A stretch of 64,000 nt of DNA from Heteronotia binoei (lineage: Eukaryota). The position numbers and the translations under genes were made by a program. Location of the stretch: contig NC_083243.1 of assembly GCF_032191835.1 (NCBI RefSeq), positions 54,808,001 to 54,872,000 on the forward strand. The letters are read 5' to 3'. The notes below the pieces were generated by a model. That model saw only the letters and a program-made list of their open reading frames with translations. It ran no database searches and was not told where the DNA came from. How positions within the stretch are numbered: position 1 is the first letter of the stretch; each line of letters starts with the position of its first letter. Of the stretch, positions 25,641 through 38,528 are shown in pieces.

Positions 25641-26069
25641 CGCCAGAGAGAGATATTAATTAATTAATTCAGAGCATCACTAGCCCCAACAGAGAGTTCC
25701 AACAATTAGTCTATGCACAGAATGCAGAATTTTTTTTGCAATCCTCTCTGTTCCTTAAGCCCTTTCCAACCCCCAGAAAAATTATTCCCAAGGCTCTGAG
25801 ACTTGCACAGAGGAATAGCTACCAGTGGGAGAGCTAGGAGAAGAACATGGAGGGGTGGGTATGACATTTCCTACCTTGCTATGCCACTTCTTGGAAAAGC
25901 CCAGAAGTGAGGGAACTCTAGGTGTCACCAGAAACTCCGTGATGCCCTATTAGAAGCAAGTTTCTGTATGGTGGTTTTTCTATAGCTATAGCAGGAGGCT
26001 TGGCAAGCCTAGGGTTGGTTTGGGGGCTAGAAAGAGGATGGATAAGGGATGAAATTGGAGAAGGAGGAG

Positions 26070-26340
26070 GATAATACTGGATTTATACTCTGCCCTTCGC
26101 TCTGAAACTCAGAGTCTCAGAGCGGCTTACAATCTCCTTTACCTTCCTCCTCCACAACAGATGCCGTGTGAGGTAGGTGGGGCTGAGTGTCCTCTCACAG
26201 AAGCTGCCCTTTCAAGGACAGCTCTATGAGAGCTCTGGCTGATCCAAGGCCATTCCAGCAGCTGCAGGTGGAGGAGTGAGGAATTAAATTCAGTTCTCCC
26301 AGATAAGAGTCTGTGCACTTAACCACTATATCATACTGGC
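26070..26340 (-). mobile_element. Squam3-like tRNA SINE
   Basis: Homologous to 12093-12368. Confidence 0.85.
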
Positions 26341-28110
26341 TCCTCCTCCTTCCAGAAGTACAGATCCACTGAAAGTGATCAGTGTCACCCCCTGCCCTAC
26401 CTCACTCCATCCCAGTGATCCCTATGGCTCTGGCTCCATATAGATGTCCACAGCCCTATTGAGAGGGGGAGGTCAAAGGACGCTATAGGGACATGGGGAA
26501 ACTCTGTATGCCTTCTGTGCTTGGCTGGCTGGATACATGCCAATACAAATAAATAACTTTGGGTAGAAATTATTTTTAAACCTTTCAATTATTGAAATGC
26601 TACAGTTTAGTATGAGTAATTTGCTTTTCGAAAGCATATGAATGTCATTACTAGTTAGAAAGTTTTTCTTACCACTTAACCTAAACATTCCCCCCATTAA
26701 TTTGATTCCATCATTGGTTTTTCAATAATAAGTGGTTAGAATGCTAATTGCCATCTTTTTTTTCTTTTTTTAAAAAAAAGCATAATTGAAAGCTATTATG
26801 ATGTCTCTTTCCCATTTTTCAATTTTTGGCTTAAAAGCTCAGATTGTGCAAGGCATCCTCAAGAGAGCACATTATGGCATTGCATTGGCTTTCAGCTTTA
26901 GACCTTATGTAAGGTCTTGACTGATAAAGTCGTTATGGTCTGGACTGAGGCTACCTCCTCTTTCTTTCTCTCAACCAGCTATAAGGATTATATGGGCCCA
27001 GAAGCATGTTTCTGTGCATGGATATTCCTGGTTGGATAAAGAACTGAATGCGCAAATGGGTACTACCTGCTGAGTGCCTGGCTTGATAGGGTAACTATGC
27101 CTGTTAGTGTTTCCCCCCAGTCCAATCAATCTCAGTGGGCCTGTTCATCAGTATAGAAGGCAGGAACCCTCTGCTCCCACCAAGAAATGATCAATAATAC
27201 TGCTACTGTTTTGGCAAGGACTAGATATGTGCAGCTCCAGCAACTGTGTTCGCTATGCACTCAGCTAGATCATATCCTGCAGGAATCTGCCTCTGATCCC
27301 TTATCTCTCTGTGAAATCATCTTCATGAGACATTGTGAGTTCCATTAAAAGAGCTATTAGTATTTTCCCTTTGAAAACCCAGGTGAGCAAGTGCCTGATT
27401 TAAACTGTGGCACAGGGGGTGATGGATTAAACCCCACTCTCAGGTTTTTCTTCCTTGAAATTGCCCTGTGAAGCTGCTATGTGCTCCACTGTACCAAGCC
27501 TACAAGTACTAATGTGACTTAAAATGAATGACGATTTTCCTTTTCTCCTCAACTGAGAGAGCAGCTTTGCATGTTTTAAAGGATGCATGTACACAATGCT
27601 GTACAAACAAATGTGCAAAACTGTTTGCTGAAATGAAAGGGGAATCTTGCAGGCAGGGACGTGTCTTGTGTACATCAGAGGACCAGGGGTGGTCTTAGTG
27701 ATTCTGGAGCTTCAGGCAAAACTCAAGAATGGAGTTCCAGAATCACTCAGGCACAGGGGCGGGGAACCACTGATGTACAGCTGAGCACCCCACACTGTGG
27801 CTACAAGTATAGACATCTTAAAGAGGAGATCAAATAAACATTTGGAGTGGAGGTCCATAAGTGGCTATGAAAAGTACAGATAGATCACTATGTCTAGGGC
27901 AGTGATGCTCTGTATTCTTGGCATGGTTGCCAAGTCTGACTCAGAAAATAATTGGGGACTTCGGGGGTGGAGCCAGGAGACTTTCCCATCCCCTAAATAA
28001 ATAAAAATGCAGTAATGCAATTTCCCTGAATTTCCTCATCCTCATTTTTTGCCTACTCTGGCAGCTGCACTTCCCCTAAATGAAAGTGAAATTTGTCATA
28101 CTCCCACAAG

Positions 28111-28260
28111 CAGGGCCATACTGCCCACTAGACAAATTAGGTGATTGCCTAGGGTGCTGGCAATCCAGGGGTGCAGAATTGCCGCCTTTCTGCCCCCCTC
28201 CCCCAGCAGCGCAGTCTGGCACCCTTCAGGGGCCTGCTACGGCCAGCACTGTCGGGGAGG
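28111..28260. mobile_element. End of a CAGGGCC-family hAT MITE; other end not found
   Basis: Resembles the reverse complement of 46440-46521 (CAGGGCC..CCCACTAG.CAA..TAGG.G.TTGCCTAGGGTGC). Confidence 0.6.
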
Positions 28261-29244
28261 TGGCTTGCATGTATGCATGTGTGTTTGAGTCAGGGGGAGG
28301 GGGTGGGGTGGGAGGGAAGGCTGTGAGCACCTGTCTCCCCTCAGTAGCATGGCTTGGCACCCTTCAGGGGGCTACCAAGGCCAGTGCTGTCGGGGGGAGG
28401 CAGGAGTGTGCTCCTTACCAGGGCCAGCTGGGTGGTGGTGGTTGCATCAGCAGCCACCCTCACCTTCTGCCTCTTGCCCGATCGGGTTCCTGGTGGGAAA
28501 CAAGTGAGCCTGCCTGGGATGCTGCTTGCAAAATCCAGGGGGAGCCCAAGGAGCACACAGAGACCTGGCTGCTGCTGGTCAGAGGGAGGAGCCCGGCTGG
28601 GAGTGTGTGGGCAGCCAAGGGGCCTCTCCCCAAACAGTCAGGCAGGAGGAGAAGTGGTACTACAGGGCAAACACACAATGTCCTGGGGGTAATCAAACTC
28701 AAACAAAGGAAACCCCCAGTAAATAGTACATTACAGTCTTCACTAATACTTTACCATGTAATAGTATATAGTAATATCAAACAGATACCTCTCATACAAT
28801 GTCAAAATACACAGTAAGCAATGAACTTCCAGTAGTACAATTAGAAATTACACACAACAAAAATATACAAACATACTCCCCAGTCCATACTTCCATAAGT
28901 CAAAACTGCTCTCCAAAATTCTATTACAAATTCTCCAGGTAGCTACATGGAAAAGTCTCTGATGGCGCTACTCATGAAGATAAAAATATCCATTTGGCTG
29001 ACTGGTAATCAATGCAAAAGGTCTGGTTTTGGACTCTTGATCCACAACTGAGCTTCTCTCACAGAACAATATCCTCTTAATGCATCATTTTAAATATAGA
29101 GGAGAAAAAATTCTCAACGAATGGAGCGCCCAGGCCTCAAGTTATTTTTAAATGACCATCCTATGTCTTTCTCAGCAGGCACGGCGTTCTCCACACCAGA
29201 GTGGTGGCATGCTGTGCCTGTTTTATTATTATTTATTTATTATT

Positions 29245-29428
29245 CCTCACTCCTCCACATGAAGCCTGCTGGGTGACCTTGGGCCACTCACAGCTCTCTC
29301 AGAACTGTCTCAGCATCACCTACCTCACAAGATGCCTGTAGTGGGGAGAGGAAGGGAAGGTGTTATATAACCCACTTTGACTTCTTAGGGTAGAGAAAAG
29401 TGGGGTATAAAAACCAGCTCCTCCTCTG
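29245..29428 (+). mobile_element. 5'-truncated Squam3-like SINE
   Basis: CCTCACTCCTCCACATG...GGGTGACCTTGGG core and GGGGTATAAAA tail as at 48218-48492. Confidence 0.7.
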
Positions 29429-32400
29429 GTCATACCATGAAGATTCTTCTGCAGGGATGGCAGCTGCAGCCAAAGCAACATTTTTAAAAATCTGCATGCC
29501 GAATCAAATCTGCAGCGGCTAGTCAGAAGCCTTGCTAGGCAAAAGCTCTATCTAGTCCTGTCCACTTTCTAAAAACACTTGGCAGGCACCAGGAAAAGTA
29601 TCAGCAGGTGCCATGGTACCTACCAGCAACACATTGGAGATCCCTAATTTAATGCTGCCTTTTTCCTGTGAGGTGCCTCTCTCAAATGAAGGAGGTTTTC
29701 ACCCCTGTAGGCAGAAAATTTTGGGTGGAGGGGCCCAGGAGAAAAAAAAATGGTGTGTGTGTGTGTGGGGGGGGGCTGTGGGGCTTGGCAGCTTCTTCCC
29801 TCCAGTGGTCAGTCCGCCCACTCCAGCTCTTTCTCGCACTGCTGCTCTTCTCCCCCTCACTGTCGCTCTCTTGTCTCGTGCTCTCTCCCCACCTTGCTGC
29901 CGCTCTCCCGCTCTCTCGCTTGCTCTCTCTTTCTCCCCCCTGCCTTACACCACAGATACACCTTGTGGTGAGTGTGGTGATTGGGCTGCTACTTAAGCGC
30001 AGGAGAAAGGGGTGGGGCGATGGTAGAGCAAGGGGTTGCTGGTGCTACCCTCGGATTCCAAGTTTCTTGGCTTCTCTCTCAGTGTGAGAAGGAGGAACAT
30101 GCCTGTAGTCAACAGAGGAGCCCTACAGAGGGAAGGGTTTTTTAAAAAATAGAGTGGCCTGGTCCCCGACCCTAGCTATAGGCCTGGAGGCCTTCCTGTG
30201 CTGGTTCTTCTGCTGTAGCAAGCCTTCACACTTAGGTTACTTTATGTCCCCCTCAAAATTGCAGCAGTTTAAAACAACAACAACAACCTGGTAACCCAAA
30301 GGGAGCAGCAAGAGTCAAGAGCAGTGTGAGGAACACAACATTATCCCGTGCAATGTGTTCTATAGACAAATGATATATTTTGCACTACTCCTTTTAATAT
30401 GGTATACACTGGTATTGAAATACTTCAACTCAAACTGTATCATAATTATTATTTATATATAATTATAATTTTGTATAAAACATTTTCTATTATTGGAAAA
30501 GATTATGTTTGTTGTTTAATGAAAACTACAAAAGAGCAGTGCGAGGGTATGAGTGTGTTGAATTTCATTTACTGATTAGAATTAACCTGGTAGCATATAT
30601 TCACTGCAGGTTTCCAATGGTTTCAGTGGGAGAACTGGGTAGTAAATGTATTTAACTTTGGCTGGATCATATCCTTTGAATCTATTAAACGTTCATAATG
30701 GAAATTATGCATATAGTGACTGACATGATAGGACATTTCTGCTTTCTTTGTATGTCAGAGAATATGTGGGAGGGGTGATCTCATGCTGTAACCTAGTGGA
30801 CAGGGGTGTGGGGATGAGCAGGACTGGAACCTTCTAATGAATGGCGTGTTCCCTTCTGTTCCTTTTCTGACAGCCTTTTTCATTGTGTCACATTGCAATA
30901 GGAGTTCATCACTAATCACTTGGTATCTGTGACGTCACAATCCCCATCTCTGGAGCAGCTTTGTACTTTGATTTTTGCTTTCTATAAATAAATTAATCAA
31001 TGAGAGAATGTTTACAAGAATAAATATTCACACAGTGCTTTCAAACAATAAAGCAGACAGCCTGCCTGAAGCATGAGTGGAGACACAAGACAGATGACTC
31101 AATCAGTGTTTGAATTGCTGATAGGTACATCTGTTGGTTGCAGTGAAAAGGTAGTATATGTGCAATATGTTGACCTTTTCCCATGGGAGAAAAAGAAAAG
31201 TAGCAAGCCCTGTTTAAAGGTACATTTGTACATATCCTGCATTGCTTTCATCAGCACTGAGTTGCAAAGTCAAGATTTCTTGCTAGTCATAGATACATAT
31301 CTGAATGAAGAGGGCAGCCAACATAAACCATTTTACCATACAGAAGCAAATATATGTAATTTATCTAAGAATTATAATTTGATCCTGAAATTGCACTATA
31401 CATACTTTCTTCCTTTCCTTTTCAGAGCTCCTATGATTAGATGTTCTTGAGCAATGACTAAATGTATAATACATTATTTACTAAAAGAAAATATGCTAGA
31501 CAGAAAATCATCTCGAAGTCTATCAAATGAGGAATGTGTTAAAAGCGGTGGGATCCAGTGGTTCCTAAAAATGATAAAAACCTAACGTTCAAATATTTTG
31601 TCTCAATTTTTCTCTGACTGCAAGAGCAGAGACGATCTGAATATGGACTACAATGGAATCTGCCCTGTAATACTTTGGAGGGGATGGCATTAAGGTGAGC
31701 TAAAGCGAATGCCCTAACACGGTGGGAGACTGTTAGTTATCAAATGCATACTGCCAGAGTCCAAGGAGGTAAGATACCGAAAAATTTACTCTTGCAAGAG
31801 CAAATCACCATACTGTTGTAATCCAGACCCGTAAATCGATGCTGGACAAGCAAAAGGGTCTTTGCCTTACTAATAAGAAGAAATCCTCTGTTGTAAACCC
31901 AGACGGCCTTAATCTAGGTCTACTGAATTCATCCATTGAGAATGGTAAGCATCTTGTTTAAGAAAAGAACCCTTCAGTTTTTGAAACAAAAATAACCCTT
32001 AGCCTTAGTTTAAAAGTGCTGAACCATGCTCTAGCTTCCAGTGACTTTTGGCCAAGTTGCACTATACATATAAACCAGAGATGTTCCAAATATTCTGGAG
32101 TGGGGCTGGGTGGGTGGGAATCTCAGCTTGGAACAAACATGCTACTGATTATGCTCAAGGAACTTTTAATCTAATCAAGCTGAAATGGAGATACTGTTTT
32201 CCCTGACAGTAAAACGTTACCAAGGTCTGATCTACCTGCAATGAAAAATTATGTATTTCAAATTCAAACACTTGTTTGATTCATCTGCAAATAGAAATCA
32301 GCCTTCACAGTCTTGCATTATGTATATTTGGAGGGGGATGACAGGGAGATGCTGCTCCAGTGGCAGTCAGTCCATTGGGGAAGGAGAATTTCAGTGTATT

Positions 32401-34651
32401 CACTCTCCTGCTGTGAAGGCAAGCTGCCTAAATGCACTGCTAAACCATCAACACAAGCTTTGTCATTTTAAAATAAGCAGGTGTATTCCTCCTTTTCAGC
32501 CTTTCTGGACTACTGGTTCACCTCACCTAAAATTTTATTGTTGAAAAATAGGCATTTATGACATGACAGCTCCCACAAAAAATGAGAGTTTTTTTTAATA
32601 ACGGGAGAATCCAGTTAAAAAACAATTGATGACTGTTGGTGACCCCAAATATTGTGGTACTCCAACCTCTACCTATTTGGTGCACACAGTTAATTCCTCC
32701 CAAGGTTCTACCTGGCCCAGGATCAATTTTTCAAATCACCACACCTTTAAAAAAAGCTGTATACTATGTTCTGTGTGAACTGATACAAATCTTTGGATTT
32801 AAAAACAACAATTCTATTTCAATGTATGTTCTTGGGCATAGGGTTGCCAGCCCTTTGCTGGCAACTGGCAAGAGGCTGGGTGTGTGTGAAGACTAATGAA
32901 ACTGGCATTCCTCAGCATGGGGATTGAGACATGGAAGTGATGAGACCATGTTGTGCAATGCTCTAGAAATTTCCCTGATATCCATGGTAAAGTCCTTAGA
33001 GATTGGAAAGATTCCAGGTGTTGATGGCACTTTTGGGTCTCCACCCAGAAGTGACATTGCATCAAAGGATGCTGATTTTCCCCACCCCTCCCAATGCTCT
33101 CAGGACCACTAGAGACCTGGGGTTTAACATTTCTATTTGGGCAGCAAAACTGATGAACTGTTGCTGACATTGTTAGAAATTTTTGTTGGTTATGAGGAAA
33201 GTGCTGGTTCTAAATTCACTTATTTGAATTCCTTCCTGGAAATATGGTAGCCCAACCTGATGTAGAAAACTAGCCACAGTCCTGAATTTGTTTCCACTGC
33301 ATAAATTAGACAGAAAACCATTTGCTTATTTTGACTTCTGTTTTTTATTCTAAAAGGCCTAGAGACTTGATTCCCCCCCCCCCTACTTGTCTTGCTAGTA
33401 GGACAAATGAACAACAGGTGGTACACCTAGATTTCAGAAACCTTTGCTTTCTATCAGCATCTCCTTTCCTTGCTCCGGCAAACCCATCTGCTTCCTCTTC
33501 TTCTCCTGCAGCAGGCTCAAAAGCTTCCTCCTGCTCTGGAGATCTTCCTCCTGGGCTACTGCCACCTAAGATGTGTCACATAAATTATTTAATCCTGGAA
33601 AAGCAGTAATACCTCAAGCATTGCATGAGCATAGATGGATTGAGCTTGTAAATCATCTGCATGCGTATATATGCATTCCTGCCTACCTACCGCCCTATCC
33701 GCCACACTTCACGCCTCCCCAGGCAAGCTACGTACCTGCCACCCTTCAGACACTCCCTCCTTCCTGCATGCATTACTTAAAGCCTTCCTCACCAACCCTC
33801 CTTTGCTCAGTAAATGAATGCACGATAAGCAATATTTGCAATGCTTGATTTTCTGCACGTGAGGCCACAGTACTGCCCATTTCAATTCCACATCTGCTTG
33901 CTAAGACGCATATTAGGTTTGGGTACCCCTGCGCACATCACTGCTTATTGCGTTTAGTGCATAGCACCAAAGAAGTGGCTGCTTCGTCAGGTAATGTACC
34001 TTCTTGCTCCTCCACCGCCACTTGAGGGACCCTCCCTGTCGGGATCTCCACCTCCCTCTGGATCCTTGTGCTCCTCCTGCTGTGGTTGGCCTGGCTGCTC
34101 CCCTTGTTCTCGTGGACGGTTGTCGACTGTGGCATGTGATGGGAAAAAACCAAGGAATACAACTCATACATGCAATTAATGTGAATGACATCACATGATA
34201 CGTGTGAGGGCCTCCATTGGATAACAAGCACACAGGCTGATCAGTGCTTAAAAAACAACAGTGCCATAAGCAGTGGTGCATTTAATATGCCTTTTAGAAT
34301 TCCTGTGTGTGCACGTAATATTATCAGAGCATAAAAGGAGGTGGGGGGGAATCATCTCATGCCTTACAGCATTAATAAAAAAGGGGGGTGGCATTTGTGT
34401 GTTGTGATCATACTCCCAATCATGGTGCCTATCCTCCACTTTCAAGAGTCAACACCATTGCATTGCTGAGTGCAAGGCTGGCCCATGCTAGCATTGGCTC
34501 TGTACTTAAAATTGCTCTGCAATTTGCAGGGCCCCTTTTTGGGTTCAAGAAACCTGATCAGAGCATAAAAGGAGGTGGGGGAGAATCATCTCATGCCTTA
34601 CAGCATTAATAAAAAAGGGGGGTGGCGTTTGTGTGTTGTGATCATACTCAC

Positions 34652-34997
34652 AATCATGGTGCCTATCCTCCCAACGGGGTCTGCCTGCGAGCTCCCACAA
34701 ACGCAGCATTGCGTCGTGGTAGGGTGTCCTCCCTGACGCCCTTGGAATTCTGCCCCAGGCCTGCAGGCTGCCCATGAAGTCACAACGGAGCCTTTTGAAC
34801 TTTGACTGGCACTGGGCTGCGGTCCGGTCATATCCCCTCTGTTGCAACCTCCTGGCTATCGCCTCATAAATGCTCCTTGTCTCCAGGTGTGTGCTAGACA
34901 TAAGCTGCTCAGCATGCCCGCTCCTCTCAGCTATGTCTAGCATCGCAAGAACTTCCTCCCGCTGCCAAAATGTGCCTCTTCTCCTTCTGGTTGCCAT
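34652..34997 (-). CDS. Harbinger Myb/SANT (trihelix-type) DNA-binding protein, exon 1; downstream exons tentative (34126-34000, 33565-~33450)
   Basis: gaaATGG start; W(QREE)...IYEAIARRLQQRGYDRTAAQCQSKFKRL is a Myb/SANT-like domain; GTGAGT donor at 34651-34646. Confidence 0.88.
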
Positions 34998-35422
34998 TTC
35001 GTAATAACGCACTTTCGATTTTGAGAGATAGTGGCCCCCCCTTTTCCTTTTAAGTTATCCAATCAGGCTGCAATGCATATGCTGATCGACAGGGGACAAA
35101 CTAAGGGAGGCAGAAGCACATTTAAGAACCCCTTGTGTATGTAAATATTCCCCCCCGCCAAAGAAATAAAAACAAGGACATAGTTCTCTTCCATTTATAC
35201 ATCCAAAAAATTTATTTGCTGTAGGAGAAAGCAGTCGCTGAACGAATGCTGCCATAACTTTAATAAATGGGCAGTTAATACATGGATAACTTTATTGCAT
35301 GGATATAGTGTCTGGGATACAGGGAACACTTGTTTGAATTGGCGTAATTACGCAACAACGCAACCGCGCAAGCGCGAGATACAAGGTCTGGCTTTCAGGA
35401 ACAGGCGGCAACAGCTGCAAAA

Positions 35423-36884
35423 TCATCTCCTTCTTCTTTGATACATATACTCTGCTACAGCATCCCGCACAATCTTCCCCCTTTCTAACTGCCTCCTGTT
35501 AATAACCCTATAGTCTGCCTCTTCTGGGTCTGGGCAGAAAGCTGTCCCCTTATCTGGAATATCCAGTGTAACCTCATGTCCCTTTTCCTCACATATGTTG
35601 TGCAGAATAACACATGCGGTCACAATGGAGAAAATGCTGTCGTACTGTGCGTTGAGTCTCAATTGCAGGACGTGCCAACGAGCCTTAAGTCTTCCGAAAG
35701 CACGCTCCACAACGTTCCTGGCCATGGTGTGTTTTCTATTATAGTGCTTCTGGATGGCCCTTCTCGGTGTCCTGAATGGAGTCATTAGCCAAGGCCTAAG
35801 GGGGTACGCTCCATCTGCCAATACAAGCGTGGGGATGCTTACATTGCCCAAAGTCACTTTGGGGTTCCCAGGAACGAAGATTCCTGCATCCACGCCGTGG
35901 TATAGGTTGCTGTTGGCGAATACGAAGGCATCGTGGGTCCTGCCGCTGAACCCAAACTCCGCATTAATGAAGCGTCCGGTGTGATCGACCGTGCCTTGGA
36001 GGATCACTGAATAGAACTGCTTCCTTTTGCAGAACTCCTCAGTTCTCCCCCCAGGCACACGAATCGGAATGTGCGACCCATCCAAAGCAGCGATGGTATG
36101 CGGCACCCCAAGTTTCCCGAAACCATCCATAATCTGTTGAGAAATGGAGCACAGTGGATGTCACGGTTATCACCGTAGTGCAATGCAACGCCCAATATAT
36201 TAGCAATAGGAAATCAACCACATTACTTTCTGACACACCGATATTGTGTTATAACGCAAAACTGACGAAGGAAATAACGCCCCCCCATACCTTTCCATTA
36301 TCGTCACCAAGGCATACGACCTTGGAAAACAAATGGGACTCGAGGGCTTCGCAAACCTCCATCACAATTCCATGAACAGTGGAAACACCGATACCAAACT
36401 GTGTACTGACAAGCCGATAGACGCATCTGTTTGTGAGGTACCATAGTGCTGCCACGAGCCGTTTTTCAGAGTGGACTGGAGACCTCATCCGTGTGCTTTG
36501 TCTGAGCATTTTGTCCTTCACAGCGGCATAAATCTCCAGGAAGGTTCCTCTGCTCATTCGGAAGTGTTCAAGCCATTGCTCATCACCCCAGAAGACAAGC
36601 ACAAAATTCTCCCACCAACCCACTTCACAGGGGTACACCCAATACCTGGGTGAGAACCGCAATCCTGCAAGATAGTGCCATCTAAGTTCATGGCGGTGAG
36701 TGCCACCTGCATTCAGTCCAAGGCGGCCATCGGACATTTCAGAAGAGAGCAGAGCCCTAAGATTTCGTCTCCGGGATCTCCTTGCATATTCATTGATGAG
36801 TTGGCGTCCGGCGTACAGGCACAAAAGCAGAACATCCACTGTGGAATAAAGACACGCCACAGTCTTGTCATCCAGATTCTCCAT
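35423..36884 (-). CDS. Harbinger (IS5-related DDE, HARBI1-like) transposase, 434 aa; exons 36884-36291 and 36133-35423
   Basis: FRMSRGTF, RLVAALWYL, QFGIGVSTV, LDGSHIPI, GRTHDAFVF, LADGAYP, RNVVERAFGRLKARW; 157-bp phase-0 GT..AG intron (36290-36134) joins the two ORFs in frame; AATAAA on minus at 35296-35291. Confidence 0.95.
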
Positions 36885-37952
36885 TGCGAATGCTTCTGCC
36901 GATACAGGGCTGTGGAGGATGCTGTGGAGGATGCTACAGCTGCAGCCAATACTTAAGCAGAAGTGGCACACGTGATGTGGTTTGCCCGTGAAAAAAAGGG
37001 GGAGGAACAGCCGTGACGTCTCACTGTTACGTTGTTACGCAGTAACGCAACCAGACTTGCACTTAAAAAAAAAAAAGATTGACAGGGCCTCAAATTCAAG
37101 TCGATGCTAGTGCGAAAACGATTTGACCCAGGGCTGCATGGAAACCGACTGCGCAAAAGAGACCATAGTGTGAAAACGAGGGAAATGGTCTGGACAGAAT
37201 TCCTCCGCGGAATATCGGTAGCAAACGCTAAGTGCGAAAACGGCCAACACGTCTAAGAGTCAGCCTACGATGAAGTCTGTTTTACAAAGTCATCAGAACT
37301 GGGACTGAGATTTTGGTAAGGGCAATTGGGTAGTAAGCTGAAATTTCCATTCAGGCCAAAAGAAGAGGGTTATATCTTCTGAGGAGAAAAATAATTCCTG
37401 TCCAGTTACACAGAGGGATTTGCTCTGAGGAGACCCCTGCTCTGTTGTGAAGAGAATTGGATTTACACACCTTGGGATATTGAAATAAACTGTGAAATCT
37501 GCGTCTACATGAAAGCTTATACCATGAATAAAAACTTCGTTGTTCTTAAAGGTGCCACTGGATTCAAACTTTGTTCTGTAATTAAAATATTCAGTCAAAC
37601 ACCTCTCACTGTTAAGATCCAAGAAGTATAATCTGTATTAACAGCAACTTTTACCTCAGCATTTCGAACCCCTGACTACGCCTATTCAGTCCCTGCCTGT
37701 TAAAAAAATAATTATTTTTGTTTGAATATTATACAGTCTCAAGTGTCATTTGAAAGGGAAAAACAGAGGGCTCCCATTTATCCCATCAATTTCCTGGGCT
37801 GGGTGAAATGACAGATTAGATCTTTGTGATGGGGTGAGACAGACAGGCTTTTAAAACAATAACTAAATCCACACCACTTGGGGGTGCTCAGTCACAGTTG
37901 GGAACTAATTTTTGGTGGGAAAACCTGCCTGAGAATACGGAAGTGCCAGGGG

Positions 37953-38020
37953 TCCGCCCTGAGTCCGCTTGCGGAGAGGGCGGGATAAAAGTCTAATGTA
38001 AATAAAAAAAATAAAAAAAT
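37953..38020 (+). mobile_element. Very short L2 3' terminus
   Basis: 34 nt identical to 55244-55277 (CCGCCCTGAGTCCGCTTGCGGAGAGGGCGGGATA) plus A-rich tail. Confidence 0.75.
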
Positions 38021-38528
38021 ATACCCTGCTACTTGTAATTGGCTTCAGTACTCTTTATTTGTTGAGCTGCTTGACTCCCAGGAACAAAATAAGGACACAT
38101 TTCAGGTTTTTAAATAGTAAACAGAACATCTGAATGCTCTGCTGCAACAGAATTTGTAATCTATTCGTTGTGATTCCTATGGAGTGTCAGTGTTGCTGTA
38201 TCAAACAGTATCATATGTTAGAGCTTCAAAATCATATCTAATTCTGTGAGCAGAATTTTGACTTCAGCAAGATGAATACAAAACTGCTTTTGTTCTTGTC
38301 AGATTACTTTTTGGGGGTCAGAATCTGGGCCAGGCATGCCCTCCAGCATCCCCTTTTCTCCAGTATGCCCAACGGGAGCCTAAGATTAGGAGAGGAGGGG
38401 GGGTCCACAGTACCCTCAGTCCTCTGTCTCTAACTCTTGGTCCACCTTTTGCCTATTTGGGTGTGGCCTAGCCAGTCCTTCCTGGCAGCTTTGGAGTCTG
38501 CCTAATATATGGTAATCTGGGTGTAAGC

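Larger units (their letters stand above)
33450..37245 (-). mobile_element. PIF/Harbinger DNA transposon with transposase and Myb/SANT genes; one terminus at 37245, the other not found
   Basis: Two diagnostic genes; terminus AGTGCGAAAACGGCC (37231-37245) matches the TIR of the MITE at 63374 at 14/15; left boundary approximate. Confidence 0.92.

Noticed and set aside
33410-33450. CR1-like VVHLDFR motif at the Harbinger left boundary
   Set aside because: Only ~30 bp of similarity; could be chance, so not called as a feature, although it could mark the deletion that removed the second TIR.
35423-36884. Host HARBI1 gene
   Set aside because: It sits next to a Myb gene and a TIR with subterminal repeats shared with a MITE, which is transposon architecture; no gene symbol assigned.
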